The notes: generated from the letters alone by a model not told the origin. 64,000 nt of DNA from Geopsychrobacteraceae bacterium (GCA_963676795.2 CAXXTB010000001.1:416001-480000), one strand, 5' to 3'. Positions 49,958-64,000 are shown, counted from the first letter of the stretch. Numbers and translations: made by a program.

Positions 49958-50499
49958 TGCGTCTCCTTAAGGTGCTGCGGGGTCAAGCTCAGGCTGTTGC
50001 TGTCATCGCTGAGCCACAGGCTGCCGTCCTGAATGGTGCAATTGAGGCGCATATTGCGCCGGGCCAGCCCCGCCAGGGCTTTGCTCTCCTTAGCTGCGAT
50101 GTTGATGATTTCCAGGTTGGTGAAACGCTGCAGCGGCTCGGCGTTCTTCTGCCACCAGAGATCGGCAGTGCGGCCACCGTAGAGGCAGAGGACAACCCGT
50201 TCGGCGCGGCTGCAGGCTTTGCGCACCCTTCGTTCGTCGGGCAGGCCGACGTCGATCCACAGTTCGATGTCGCCGCTTAAGGAATGTTGCCAGAGATCGG
50301 GTTCGTCATCGGCACAGAGGCCCTTGGTAAATTTCAGGCGCTCATCGACATGGAGCAGAAAGCTGAGCAGGCGGATCATCAGTCGTTCGTCGGTTTCCGA
50401 CGGGTGGCGAGCGAGGGTCAGCTGGTGATCGGCATAGTAATGGCGATTGAGATCGGCGATCTGCACCGTTGCTTTGAAGATGGTTGAACCAAGGGCCAT
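49954..50499 (-). CDS. yaeQ: YaeQ family protein
   Basis: LARHPSETDERLMIRLL, FTKGL..DEPDLW and WIDVGLPDE motifs. Confidence 0.92.
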   Translation of the reverse strand: MALGSTIFKATVQIADLNRHYYADHQLTLARHPSETDERLMIRLLSFLLHVDERLKFTKGLCADDEPDLWQHSLSGDIELWIDVGLPDERRVRKACSRAERVVLCLYGGRTADLWWQKNAEPLQRFTNLEIINIAAKESKALAGLARRNMRLNCTIQDGSLWLSDDSNSLSLTPQHLKETQ

Positions 50500-50659
50500 G
50501 AGAGTCTGCTTTCCCGGGAATCCGATGTGAGTCGGCTGACTATAGAAGATCGAGGAGGGCGGAGCAAGCTGTTACATTTTGACAAAGTTGGCCAGCTTTG
50601 GAGATACTGTCAGCTATAAGCGAAATCATCTGTCGACATATGAGAAGAGGGGAGAGCGT

Positions 50660-52207
50660 ATGTTCTCGAGATTTATCCTTTTAGTCTTTGTGCTGCTGGC
50701 CTTGTTGTCTGGCTGTGCCGTCAACCCGGTGACCGGGGAAAAACAGCTGATTCTGATCAGCGAGCAGCAGGAGCTCGCCATTGGCGAGAACCAGTATGCT
50801 CCGGCCCGCCAGACGCAGGGGGGGGACTATGTGGCCGACCCCGCGCTGGGTCGTTATGTCAACCAGGTCGGACAGCGCCTGGCCGCGGTCAGTGACCGCA
50901 AGCTCCCCTATGAGTTCATTGTTCTCAACAGTTCGGTCCCCAATGCATGGGCTCTGCCGGGCGGCAAGATCACCATCAACCGCGGTCTGCTGACCGAACT
51001 TAAAACGGAAGCAGAGCTGGCCGCAGTGCTCGGCCACGAGATCGTCCACGCTGCCGCCATGCATGGCGCCCAGGGGCTGACCCGCGGCATGCTGCTGCAG
51101 TCGGCGGTCGTCGGTGTGACCCTGGCGACCAGCGATCAGGATTACGGTCAATGGGCCCAGATGGGTGCCGGGGTCGGTGCGCAGCTGATCACCCAGCGCT
51201 ACGGCCGCGATGCCGAGCGCGAGGCGGATCATTACGGCATGCTCTATATGTCACGCGCCGGATACGACCCGCAGGGTGCGGTCGATCTGCAACGGACCTT
51301 CCTGGCCCTGCAGGACGGGCAGCGCCAGGATTTCATCAGTGGCCTGTTCGCCAGCCACCCGCCGTCACAGGAACGCCTGGAGAATAATATCGCCATGCTG
51401 GCAGAGCTGCCCAAAGGGGGGGAGGTCGGTCGTCAGACCTATCAGGCCAGGATCGCTCAGCTGATGAAAACCAAACCGGCCTACGAGGCTTTTGACAAAG
51501 GGCGTCAGGCGCTGACCGATAAGGCCTATGCCAAGGCGAAGTCTCTGGCCCAGCAGGCGATCCGCCTCGAACCGAAGGAAGCCATTTTCTACGGGCTGAT
51601 CGGTGACGCCGAGCAGAAGAACAAGAGGCTGAGTGCGGCTGTCAGCCAATACAATAAGGCGATCGATCTCAACCCCGGCTATTTCTATCACTACCTGCAG
51701 CGCGGCAAGACCTATGAGCAACTGAACCGACCCAAAGAGGCCGAGCTCGATCTCAAGTACAGTACCGAGCTGCTGCCGACCGCTGATGCCTATTATCTAC
51801 TCGGCAATATCTCGCAGAGCAGCGGCCGATTGAGCGAGGCCAAGGGCTACTACGCAAAGATTGCCAGCACCAGCAACGAGATCGGCAAGCAGGCCTATGG
51901 CGCCCTGGTTGACCTGGATCTGGACAGCAACCCTGGTGAATACCTGAGTGTCCGCAGCGGGCAGGACAAGGACGGGCGCATCCTCGCCGAAGTCAGCAAT
52001 CCCACGCCAAGAGTTGTCGGCAATATCCAGCTTGTTGTGACCTACCGTGACGGCCAGGGCAAAAACAGAACTATGTCGCTCCGCCTGCCGGGACAGGTGG
52101 CGGCCGAGTCGAAAAGGGTCTTCGATCTTGGTATCGCCGATAAGCTGGCCAGTGAAAAGGCCCAGAGCTTCGGCGTTAAAATCTCTGCCGCCGGATTGAT
52201 GAAATAG
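50660..52207 (+). CDS. M48 family metalloprotease lipoprotein with TPRs (BepA/YfgC-like)
   Basis: Lipobox LSGC-AVNPVTG, PNAWALPGG, HEIVH zinc motif, EREAD, SHP and C-terminal TPRs. Confidence 0.9.
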   Translation: MFSRFILLVFVLLALLSGCAVNPVTGEKQLILISEQQELAIGENQYAPARQTQGGDYVADPALGRYVNQVGQRLAAVSDRKLPYEFIVLNSSVPNAWALPGGKITINRGLLTELKTEAELAAVLGHEIVHAAAMHGAQGLTRGMLLQSAVVGVTLATSDQDYGQWAQMGAGVGAQLITQRYGRDAEREADHYGMLYMSRAGYDPQGAVDLQRTFLALQDGQRQDFISGLFASHPPSQERLENNIAMLAELPKGGEVGRQTYQARIAQLMKTKPAYEAFDKGRQALTDKAYAKAKSLAQQAIRLEPKEAIFYGLIGDAEQKNKRLSAAVSQYNKAIDLNPGYFYHYLQRGKTYEQLNRPKEAELDLKYSTELLPTADAYYLLGNISQSSGRLSEAKGYYAKIASTSNEIGKQAYGALVDLDLDSNPGEYLSVRSGQDKDGRILAEVSNPTPRVVGNIQLVVTYRDGQGKNRTMSLRLPGQVAAESKRVFDLGIADKLASEKAQSFGVKISAAGLMK

Positions 52208-52225
52208 AGCCGTTACGGAACAGGA

Positions 52226-53380
52226 ATGAGGGTGCTCGAAGAGTATAACGGGTTTGAGGTCGGCCGGATCAGGCCACCAAGTGAGGCGAACAGCCTGCTG
52301 CTGCGGGTGACCCGCAGCTGTCCATGGAATCGCTGTAAGTTCTGTGGCATCTATCGCGGTCAGCAGTTCAGCGTCAGGCCGGTAGAACATCTGTTGCGTG
52401 ATATCGACAGGGTAAGGCACTACATCGATCAGATCACCCTGATTGTTCAGCAGCAGGGGGACGCCTATCCGCAACTGATCGCCCTGGAACGCAGCCTCGA
52501 CCCGGGAGACCTGCAGGCCTTTCATTCGGCTATCCGCTGGCTGCAGGGGGGAATGACGTCGGTTTTTCTGCAGGATGCCAACAGTCTGGTGATCAAGGCT
52601 GCCGATATGATCCGTATCCTCGAATATCTGCGTCAGGTGTTTCCCCAGATCGAGCGGATCACCAGTTATGCCCGCTCCCATTCCATCGCCCGAATCGCCG
52701 ATGAAGAGCTGGCCCGCATGGCCTGCGCTGGACTTAATCGTATCCATATCGGTCTTGAATCGGCCGCCGATGCGGTTCTTTCCATGGTCTGCAAGGGGGT
52801 CGACAAGCAGACTCACATCCTTGCCGGCCAGAAGGTCAAAAGGGCCGGGATCGAGCTGTCGGAATATTTCATGCCCGGCCTGGGGGGTGAAAAATATTCA
52901 CGCGAAAATGCTCTTGAGACGGCTGATGCGCTGAACCAGATCAACCCGGACTTTATCCGCATCCGGACCCTGGGCGTCCCCGAGCATGTCGATCTTTACC
53001 AGGATGTCTTAAGCGGTGACTTCAGACCGCTGGGCGATATTGCCAAGGCACAGGAACTGCTGCTGATGCTGGAACATCTGGAGGGGATTACAAGTACGAT
53101 AAAAAGTGACCATATCGTCAACCTGCTTGCCGAAGTTGAAGGACAGTTGCCTCGTGACATAGACAGAATGACGGAACCGATCCGGCGCTTTCTGAGCTTG
53201 GAGAAGGATCGGCAGCTGCTCTATATGGTCGGGCGGCGCTGCGGGTACCTGGAACGACTTTCTGATCTCGAGGATCGTTCTCTCTGTTACCGGGCCGAAC
53301 AGGCGCTGCGCAGTGAAGGGGTTAGTTGGGAGAATGTCGATGAGTGGGCCGGTCGTATGCTCTGCCGCTATCTGAGCTGA
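52226..53380 (+). CDS. Radical SAM protein of unknown function
   Basis: IRPPSEANSLLLRVTRSCPWNRCKFC, GLES, MPGLGG and SDH motifs. Confidence 0.88.
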   Translation: MRVLEEYNGFEVGRIRPPSEANSLLLRVTRSCPWNRCKFCGIYRGQQFSVRPVEHLLRDIDRVRHYIDQITLIVQQQGDAYPQLIALERSLDPGDLQAFHSAIRWLQGGMTSVFLQDANSLVIKAADMIRILEYLRQVFPQIERITSYARSHSIARIADEELARMACAGLNRIHIGLESAADAVLSMVCKGVDKQTHILAGQKVKRAGIELSEYFMPGLGGEKYSRENALETADALNQINPDFIRIRTLGVPEHVDLYQDVLSGDFRPLGDIAKAQELLLMLEHLEGITSTIKSDHIVNLLAEVEGQLPRDIDRMTEPIRRFLSLEKDRQLLYMVGRRCGYLERLSDLEDRSLCYRAEQALRSEGVSWENVDEWAGRMLCRYLS

Positions 53381-53417
53381 AAACTGTGCCGTTGCGCAGT
53401 CTCCATATGCAGTCTTG

Positions 53418-53490
53418 AGAAAAAAAACAAAAGAATGAAAAAAAAGAAAAAAAGGTGTTGACGGTTGAGCGGCGATTGTTTATAAACCGC
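53418..53490 (+). promoter_or_regulatory. rrn promoter P1 with A-tract UP element
   Basis: TTGACG(53458)-17-TATAAA(53481), upstream A-tracts, GC-rich discriminator. Confidence 0.75.
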
Positions 53491-53534
53491 ATCCGCTGCA
53501 GGGAACAACGCAAAACGGTTCGCTCGCGGCGCTG

Positions 53535-53590
53535 AAAAAAAGAAAAAAACTTATTGACAGGCACGGCGGTTTTGGTTAGTCTCCGCGGCT
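53535..53590 (+). promoter_or_regulatory. rrn promoter P2
   Basis: A-tract then TTGACA(53554)-17-TAGTCT(53577), GC-rich discriminator. Confidence 0.7.
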
Positions 53591-53714
53591 GTCGCTTCGC
53601 TGAAGGCGGGGCAAAAAAGCTGGTCTTTGAAAACTAAATAGCAGACGTTTTAAAGAGCTTGTAAGGGTTCAAGTCAAATTGAACAAAACTAGGATTTAAA
53701 AAACTTCAGATATT

Positions 53715-55248
<1,534 letters not shown>

Positions 55249-55406
55249 AAGGAGCTCATCCACTCGAAAGAGTGAGATAGACGCTTACTTAAAAGCAAAC
55301 TTACAAGTTCTAACTCTGCTATTTAGTTTTGAGAGACTAGGCCTCTTTATCAAGAAGAGGTTTTGTGTTCTTTGACATCGAATTTGCACAGATACTGTGT
55401 GGAAGT

Positions 55407-55483
55407 GGGCTAGTAGCTCAGCTGGCTAGAGCACACGACTGATAATCGTGAGGTCGGAGGTTCAAGTCCTCCCTGGCCCACCA
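55407..55483 (+). tRNA. tRNA-Ile (GAT)
   Basis: Cloverleaf, anticodon loop CTGATAA, T-loop GTTCAA, encoded CCA. Confidence 0.97.
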
Positions 55484-55492
55484 GATTATTAT

Positions 55493-55568
55493 GGGGGTGT
55501 AGCTCAGTTGGGAGAGCGCCTGCCTTGCAAGCAGGAGGTCATCGGTTCGATCCCGTTCACCTCCACCA
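55493..55568 (+). tRNA. tRNA-Ala (TGC)
   Basis: Cloverleaf, anticodon loop CTTGCAA, G3.U70, encoded CCA. Confidence 0.97.
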
Positions 55569-55718
55569 TATCTGTAGAGAATTATTCGATCTTTGACAAT
55601 TGCATACGACATACTAGATTTAGAAAATCATAGATATAAGTTGTGATGACTTATGTTTATGTCAAGCAAAGCGATAACAAGTAAAGGCTAAGCATAAACT
55701 TAGTAAAAGACTATTTAT

Positions 55719-58668
<2,950 letters not shown>

Positions 58669-58786
58669 AAAAAGTTTTTTAATAGGGAAGGGGGAGCAAA
58701 AGCTCCCCCGCTCCCCCTTGAAAGTTATCGACAAAAAGACAATATCTAGTATATAAGTCGTACGCGATTGAAAACCGATTTAAGGT

Positions 58787-58904
58787 TTTCGGTGGCTATA
58801 GCGTAGGGGTCACACCTGTTCTCATCCCGAACACAGAAGTTAAGTCCTACCGCGCCGATGATACTGCATGGGAGACTATGTGGGAAAGTAGGTCGCCGCC
58901 GAAA
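58787..58904 (+). rRNA. rrf: 5S ribosomal RNA
   Basis: TTTCGGTGGC...GCCGCCGAAA terminal stem; CCGAACACAGAAGTTAAG and GAAAGTAGG conserved. Confidence 0.96.
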
Positions 58905-58910
58905 TTATTT

Positions 58911-58950
58911 GAAAGCCCCCTGATTCATTCGAGTCAGGGGGCTTTTTTTC
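58911..58950 (+). terminator. rrn operon intrinsic terminator
   Basis: AAAGCCCCCTGA...TCAGGGGGCTTT plus T-run. Confidence 0.85.
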
Positions 58951-59157
58951 GTTTCTACTCACCATTCTAAATTTCCATCCATGCTCCGGATCTTTAATCC
59001 TGGGTCTTCTTTGTTACCAGTTGACAATTTCGTCTCCTGAAATCATAGCTGTAACTTTGTACGATCTTCATTAGCAGTAAGAGGTTTTGCTGGCGAGGGA
59101 ACCCAAACCACAGATTCGCGCTATACTTGATACCAGGTCAGCAGGGAGGCAGAAACT

Positions 59158-59991
59158 ATGATCATTCTGGCTCATGACGGTTCTCTCTATGGCGACTGGA
59201 TCGCCTGTTACGCGCTAAATTTTGCTGCGGTGGAAGATGACCGGAAACTGATGGCCCTCCACGTTCTGGACGGGACCGTCAGTCAGGAGGTTGTTGAGGC
59301 CAAGTTTATCCGGCTCGCGGAGCTGTGTCAGACACGGGAACTCGACTTTTCCAGCCATTTACTCCCTTCCGAGAGGGATGCTTATCGCAGTCTGCGTCAT
59401 GGCATTCCCCACAATGACGATAATCTGCTCGTTTGCGGCACACGCAGCAAGGCAAAAAAGCGTTCGTTACTTCAGGGGACGATTGCCGAACGGTTGTTAC
59501 GCACCCATCAGTGCCCGGTGCTGGCGCTGCGGGTTGTCCAGCCAGGGCTGCTCGGCTCCCCGGAAGACCTGCTGCTCCCCCTGGCCGGTCATGCCACCGG
59601 CATCTTCAGGATCGAGCCGATTGTCAAACGCCTGATCCCACGTCTGCACCGTCTGCATCTGTTTCGCGCTCTGCAGGTGCACCATCTCCGCCATCGCTAT
59701 CTAAGCCCGTCTCGTGAGCGTCGCCTGTTGCTTGCCGGACAGAAGTATCTGGAACAGATCGGCGCGCAGTTGATCGAAAGTTATCCGGATCAATTCAGTC
59801 TGGATCGCCAGGTGATGATTGCCGACGACTGGTCGAATGCTGTGCTGACCCAGGCGAGTCGCCTGAAAACCCAGCTTATTCTGCTCGGTGTCAGTGAACG
59901 CAGTTTGGCGCACAAACTCTTTTACGGCGCAGGTATCGAAAAAGTCCTGCGCGAAACACCCTGCGATATCGGGATCTATCGCGCGCCATGA
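59158..59991 (+). CDS. Tandem universal stress protein (USP) domain protein
   Basis: IILAHDGS, GTIAERLLRTHQCPVL and IEKVLRETPCD motifs. Confidence 0.82.
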   Translation: MIILAHDGSLYGDWIACYALNFAAVEDDRKLMALHVLDGTVSQEVVEAKFIRLAELCQTRELDFSSHLLPSERDAYRSLRHGIPHNDDNLLVCGTRSKAKKRSLLQGTIAERLLRTHQCPVLALRVVQPGLLGSPEDLLLPLAGHATGIFRIEPIVKRLIPRLHRLHLFRALQVHHLRHRYLSPSRERRLLLAGQKYLEQIGAQLIESYPDQFSLDRQVMIADDWSNAVLTQASRLKTQLILLGVSERSLAHKLFYGAGIEKVLRETPCDIGIYRAP

Positions 59992-62663
59992 ATACTCAGG
60001 AGCAAATACAGCATCTGTCCCCGCAGCGGGTCTTGGTTGCCCTGCACAGCAGCGCTCAGGGCTTAACTGATGCGCAAGCTGCGGATCGGCTCAAGGAGCT
60101 TGGTGCAAACAGCGTCGAGGTTCGCGATCCCTGGCGTTTGGCGCGCAGCTTGGTCCGTCAGCTGACCAACTTTTTTACACTGCTGTTGTTTGTTTCCGCA
60201 GCGATCTGTTTTGTCGCTGAACGGCTGCAGCCCGGCGAGAACATGGCCATTCTCGGCTGGGCCCTGGCCGGGGTGGCCCTACTCAACGCGTTGTTCAGTT
60301 TTATCCAGGAGTACCGGGCCGAAAAGGCGATGGAGGCTTTGCGCAATTTTCTGCCGCCGATGGTCCAGGTCCTGCGTGGTGGCCAGGCCCGCGAACTGCT
60401 GGCAGAAGAACTGGTTCCCGGCGATCTGCTGCTCCTGCAGGAGGGGGATCGTATTCCGGCCGATGCGCGTCTTATCGAGGCGGAGAGTTTGCTGGTCAAC
60501 AACGCTCCCTTGACTGGAGAATCCCAGCCTGTTGCCATCAGTGCCGATGCCTGCCAGTGTCGGCTGGTTGAAAGCAGTAATGTTGTCTTTGCCGGTTGTC
60601 TGGTTCTGCGCGGGACCGGAAAAGCGGTGGTTTTCGCCACCGGCCTGCGTACTGAGTTCGGCAAGTTGGCCCATCTTTCACAGGCGATCCGCCGGGCTCC
60701 TTCGCCTTTGGAACGGCAGACCGCCTATATGGTTCGTCTGTTGACCATCATCGCCGTCAGCCTCGGTTTTGCATTCTTCCTTTACGGTTTTTTCAGCGGC
60801 CGTTCACTGTGGGTCAACCTGGTCTTTATGATGGGGATCATCGTGGCCAACGTACCGGAAGGGCTGTTGCCGACCTTTACTCTGGCGTTGGCCATGGGCA
60901 GTCTGCGCATGGCGCGCAAGAATGTCCTGGTCACCAGCCTCAACGCGGTTGAAGGGCTCGGTGCCGTTCAGGTGATCTGTACCGACAAAACGGGAACCCT
61001 GACCCTGAACCAGCTGGCGGTAAGCAGGCTGACGACGCCACTTAGTTCTGCCGACAGTACGTCCACTGAATTTCGCAGCAGGCTTCTTCAGGTTGCGTTG
61101 CTCAGCTCCGATCTGCAGCCTACGGATGCTGGCTTCAGCGGCGATCCCCTTGATGTTGCCATCGCTGAGAGTTGGCAAGAGCAAGCCTCAAGTCGTCAGT
61201 CCGACTTCAGTTCCCCTCAGCATTTTTTCCCCTTTGACAGTAATCTAAAGAGGGCCGCCGGCATCGGTACCATCGATAACGAACGGTTGTTTGTTGTAAA
61301 AGGCGCCTGGGAAGTGCTCAGGCCCCTGGTCAGTGAGATTTTTTATTCGGAAACGAAGCGTTGTCCGGCTTCTGGCAGCGAGCTGGAACGGGTGGATGCC
61401 ACGCTCAGTGAGTTAGCCGGCAGTGGACTGAGGGTTGTAGCGGTGGCGTCGCGGCGTATCGATCAGACGGAGCCTGGCGATCAAATGCAGCAGCAGCTGG
61501 AGAAGAATCTTACGCTTGAAGGCTTTATTGCTATTGCCGATCCGATCCGCAGCGAAGTCCCCCCAGCCATCGAGAGCTGCCATAGTGCCGGTATCGAAGT
61601 GATCCTGATTACCGGCGATCATCCCGATACTGCCATCTGTGTCGCCAGGGAATGTGGAATCCTGGGTGAAACCGGCGAGTCCGATCTGGTCATGACCGGT
61701 GATGTGCTGGACAGGGCGAGCGAGTCTGAGGTGGAGCAGGCCTTGGAGCGGGGCGTACGCATCTTTGCAAGGACCAGCCCGGATCAAAAGATGAAGATTG
61801 TCATGGGGCTGAAAAATCTCGGTCGGGTCGTCGCCATGACCGGGGACGGAGTGAATGATGCTCCGGCGCTCAAAGCTGCCGATGTCGGTATCGCCATGGG
61901 AAAGGGGGGAACCGATGTCGCCAGAGCGGCGGCGCAGATCATACTGATCGATGACAATTTTGCCTCGATCGTGGCCGGGATCGAAGAGGGGCGGACGGTG
62001 TTTCTGAATATCCGCAAGTTCACCAATTATGTGCTGGTCAGCAACGGGCCGGAGATCCTGCCTTATCTGCTCTATATCCTGTTACCGGTCCCCCTGGCCT
62101 TGACGGTGATTCAGATTCTTTCCATCGACCTGGGCACGGACATCATACCCTCCATGGCCCTCGGCCAGGAGCCGCCCGATCCGGAAGCGATGCAACGACC
62201 ACCGCGCAGCCGGGAATTTCATCTGCTCAGCCGGGGGCTGGTTCTGCACAGCTACCTGTTTCTCGGCCTACTCGAAGCGCTCTGGTCGCTCGGGCTGTTT
62301 TTCTACGTGCTGATCGACGGTGGCTGGCAGTACGGCGCAGCGCTGTCAGCCAATGATCCGCTCTACCGCTCGGCAACCGGGATCGCCCTGGCGACAATTC
62401 TGCTGATGCAGATCGGCAACCTGATCGGCCGCCGCTTCCGGACCCGTTCGGGGCTCGATCGGGGACTGTTGGCCAATCGCCTGTTGCTGCTCGGTATTCT
62501 GATTCAGATCGCCTTCTCCTGGGGGTTGCTCTATTTTCCGCCGCTTCAGAAGATCCTCGGCACCGCGCCTGTGGCCTGGCCGGTTTATCTGCTCGCCTGG
62601 CTGGGGATCCCACTGATTTTCGGCGCCGATTATCTGCGGAAACAGTTCTGGCTTCCGGATTGA
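59988..62663 (+). CDS. Cation-transporting P-type ATPase (type II, P2C-like signatures)
   Basis: LTGES, VANVPEGLL, DKTGTLT, TGDHP, GDGVNDAPALK and IDLGTD motifs; ATGA overlap with the USP gene. Confidence 0.92.
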   Translation: MNTQEQIQHLSPQRVLVALHSSAQGLTDAQAADRLKELGANSVEVRDPWRLARSLVRQLTNFFTLLLFVSAAICFVAERLQPGENMAILGWALAGVALLNALFSFIQEYRAEKAMEALRNFLPPMVQVLRGGQARELLAEELVPGDLLLLQEGDRIPADARLIEAESLLVNNAPLTGESQPVAISADACQCRLVESSNVVFAGCLVLRGTGKAVVFATGLRTEFGKLAHLSQAIRRAPSPLERQTAYMVRLLTIIAVSLGFAFFLYGFFSGRSLWVNLVFMMGIIVANVPEGLLPTFTLALAMGSLRMARKNVLVTSLNAVEGLGAVQVICTDKTGTLTLNQLAVSRLTTPLSSADSTSTEFRSRLLQVALLSSDLQPTDAGFSGDPLDVAIAESWQEQASSRQSDFSSPQHFFPFDSNLKRAAGIGTIDNERLFVVKGAWEVLRPLVSEIFYSETKRCPASGSELERVDATLSELAGSGLRVVAVASRRIDQTEPGDQMQQQLEKNLTLEGFIAIADPIRSEVPPAIESCHSAGIEVILITGDHPDTAICVARECGILGETGESDLVMTGDVLDRASESEVEQALERGVRIFARTSPDQKMKIVMGLKNLGRVVAMTGDGVNDAPALKAADVGIAMGKGGTDVARAAAQIILIDDNFASIVAGIEEGRTVFLNIRKFTNYVLVSNGPEILPYLLYILLPVPLALTVIQILSIDLGTDIIPSMALGQEPPDPEAMQRPPRSREFHLLSRGLVLHSYLFLGLLEALWSLGLFFYVLIDGGWQYGAALSANDPLYRSATGIALATILLMQIGNLIGRRFRTRSGLDRGLLANRLLLLGILIQIAFSWGLLYFPPLQKILGTAPVAWPVYLLAWLGIPLIFGADYLRKQFWLPD

Positions 62664-62685
62664 TGGTTGTTGATAAGGCTTGTTA

Positions 62686-63092
62686 TCAAAACTCCGCATG
62701 CGGAGTTTTTCCGGTTCTGCCCATTAGATGAGCGCAGCTCATCGTGGGGCGCGTGGTCAGTTGCTGATGTGAAGATACGAAGAGAGTAAGGCCAATTTTC
62801 GTCAGCTTTAAAAGGGCGTTTTTGCTTCCTTTTGGAGCCCTGGCCAAAAGGAAGGCGGCGTTCGGGGCCGCGACCCCGAGGTTTAGATTTTAGACTGTTT
62901 GAAAAAACATAAAGTCAAAGTCGCCGGTTCTCGCACCGGCTGGCGACCTACTTTTTCCAGCGTTGAAAAAGTAGGCAAAAAAACTTTTTTAATACTGACG
63001 TAAGCCGTTCATCTCACCCTCAACCGTCCATGCCAGTCAACCGGAAGGCGCCCAACGATGAGCTGCGCTCATCTAACGGGCAGAAGCGAATT
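62686..63092 (+). repeat. ~405-bp structured intergenic element, copy 4 (arm A + arm B)
   Basis: 41-bp inverted repeats 62712-62752 / 63048-63088 (3 mismatches); colinear with the reverse complement of 16455-16857. Confidence 0.9.
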
Positions 63093-63116
63093 ATGCTGAC
63101 TTTGTCAGCAACAACA

Positions 63117-63150
63117 AAAAGTGCCCACCTGATACCAGGTGGGCACTTTT
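63117..63150. terminator. Intrinsic terminator for the last (minus-strand) gene
   Basis: AAAAGTGCCCACCTG-ATAC-CAGGTGGGCACTTTT perfect stem. Confidence 0.8.
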
Positions 63151-63175
63151 GCTGTTGCTATGTTGCTACTTTATA

Positions 63176-64000
63176 TCAAGCCGCCTTGGTGGCAGCGAAT
63201 TTAGCTTTATAGTCGTGAAGAATCTCACGAACCAGCGCCTCATCGACACAGATCTGCCAGTCGCCATCCGGGTTTAAGCACTTGCCCAGTTTTTCAAGGA
63301 CAACATACTTGACCCCTTTGACTGTCTTCTTGTTGTCGGCCAGGATGGTCGCCATGATCTGATCAACGCTGATATCCTCCGGAATGGCCAGATCCAGCCC
63401 GAGCTTGTCACCGAAATACCTGTAGTGCATCGCCACCTCTTCATCATTGAGATAGCCCAGTCGCCGGGAGATCTCAGCCGCAATACACATCCCCTTGGCT
63501 ACCGCGATGCCGTGAGCGATCTTGCCGCCGGAGAAGAACTCCATGGCATGACCGAAGGTGTGACCATACTCCAGGGTCATACCGAAGGCTTTCTCAGAGG
63601 TATCCTGAGCCAGGATCTCCAACTTCGACTGGATAATGGTGTAAGCCAGCTCGGTCAGCTGCTTCGGATCCAGGTTGTCGACATCGATCTCCAGGAAGCT
63701 GTCGTAGAAGTTCAAAAGCTCAGCATCGTTGATCAGGCAGTTCTTGATCCCTTCCGCAATCGCTGACTTACGACCGACAACACTCTCGGTGGCCAGGTAC
63801 TTGGTATCACCGAAGATGAAGATCGGCGCGTAGTACATGCCGTACTGGTTCTTCCCCTGCTTGCCGTTGACCGCCTGCTTGTTGCTCAGGCAGCTGTCGG
63901 TCACGCCCATGAAGGTGGTCGGCATCTCGATGTAACGGATCCCGCGGTAGACCAGACCCGCAGCCAGGCCGACAATGTTGGTCAGGCAGCCGCCACCGAA
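63176..64000 (-). CDS. Sugar-phosphate cyclase, 2-deoxy-scyllo-inosose synthase-like (5' end outside window)
   Basis: Frame is open to the window end: FGGGCLTNIVGLAAGLVYRGIRYIEMPTTFMGVTDSCLSNKQAVN...EGIKN...LEYGHTFGHA...HG...DNKK. Confidence 0.8.
   Translation of the reverse strand, partial: FGGGCLTNIVGLAAGLVYRGIRYIEMPTTFMGVTDSCLSNKQAVNGKQGKNQYGMYYAPIFIFGDTKYLATESVVGRKSAIAEGIKNCLINDAELLNFYDSFLEIDVDNLDPKQLTELAYTIIQSKLEILAQDTSEKAFGMTLEYGHTFGHAMEFFSGGKIAHGIAVAKGMCIAAEISRRLGYLNDEEVAMHYRYFGDKLGLDLAIPEDISVDQIMATILADNKKTVKGVKYVVLEKLGKCLNPDGDWQICVDEALVREILHDYKAKFAATKAA

Noticed and set aside
63176..63925. Calling the last gene aroB starting at 63925
   Set aside because: The frame stays open to the window edge, so the gene is 5'-truncated, and the motifs fit DOI synthase better than AroB.

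Overview
A 64 kb chromosomal segment (GC-rich coding regions) from an anaerobic Desulfuromonadales-like bacterium (Desulfobacterota/former Deltaproteobacteria). This placement is inferred from the 16S sequence and the carD-ispD-ispF-glnS-cysS synteny. Most of the window is housekeeping, transport and signalling genes: iorA (partial), livH, prc, zur-znuCB, panE, carD-ispDF-glnS-cysS, several sensor kinases, a diguanylate cyclase, an autotransporter with a divergent two-component system, mrcB plus an LpoP-like lipoprotein, ahpF-ahpC/oxyR, dbpA, two radical-SAM genes, a complete rrn operon (16S-tRNA-Ile-tRNA-Ala-23S-5S) and a USP-P-type ATPase pair. No transposase, integrase, prophage or CRISPR array is visible. 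The most striking unannotated signal is a family of four 400-450 bp non-coding intergenic elements (16455-16857, 40302-40744, 41480-41932, 62686-63092). Each is built from two converging hairpin arms whose stems show repeated compensatory changes and strand-consistent G.T pairs; right arms are swappable, and two copies have copy-specific terminal inverted repeats. Two smaller repeat families (about 120 bp and about 61 bp) are also present, one nested inside the other at 3820-3988. The second highlight is the truncated last gene, whose motifs match 2-deoxy-scyllo-inosose synthase (BtrC-type, aminocyclitol biosynthesis) rather than dehydroquinate synthase. All calls are by eye from motifs; no database search was run.
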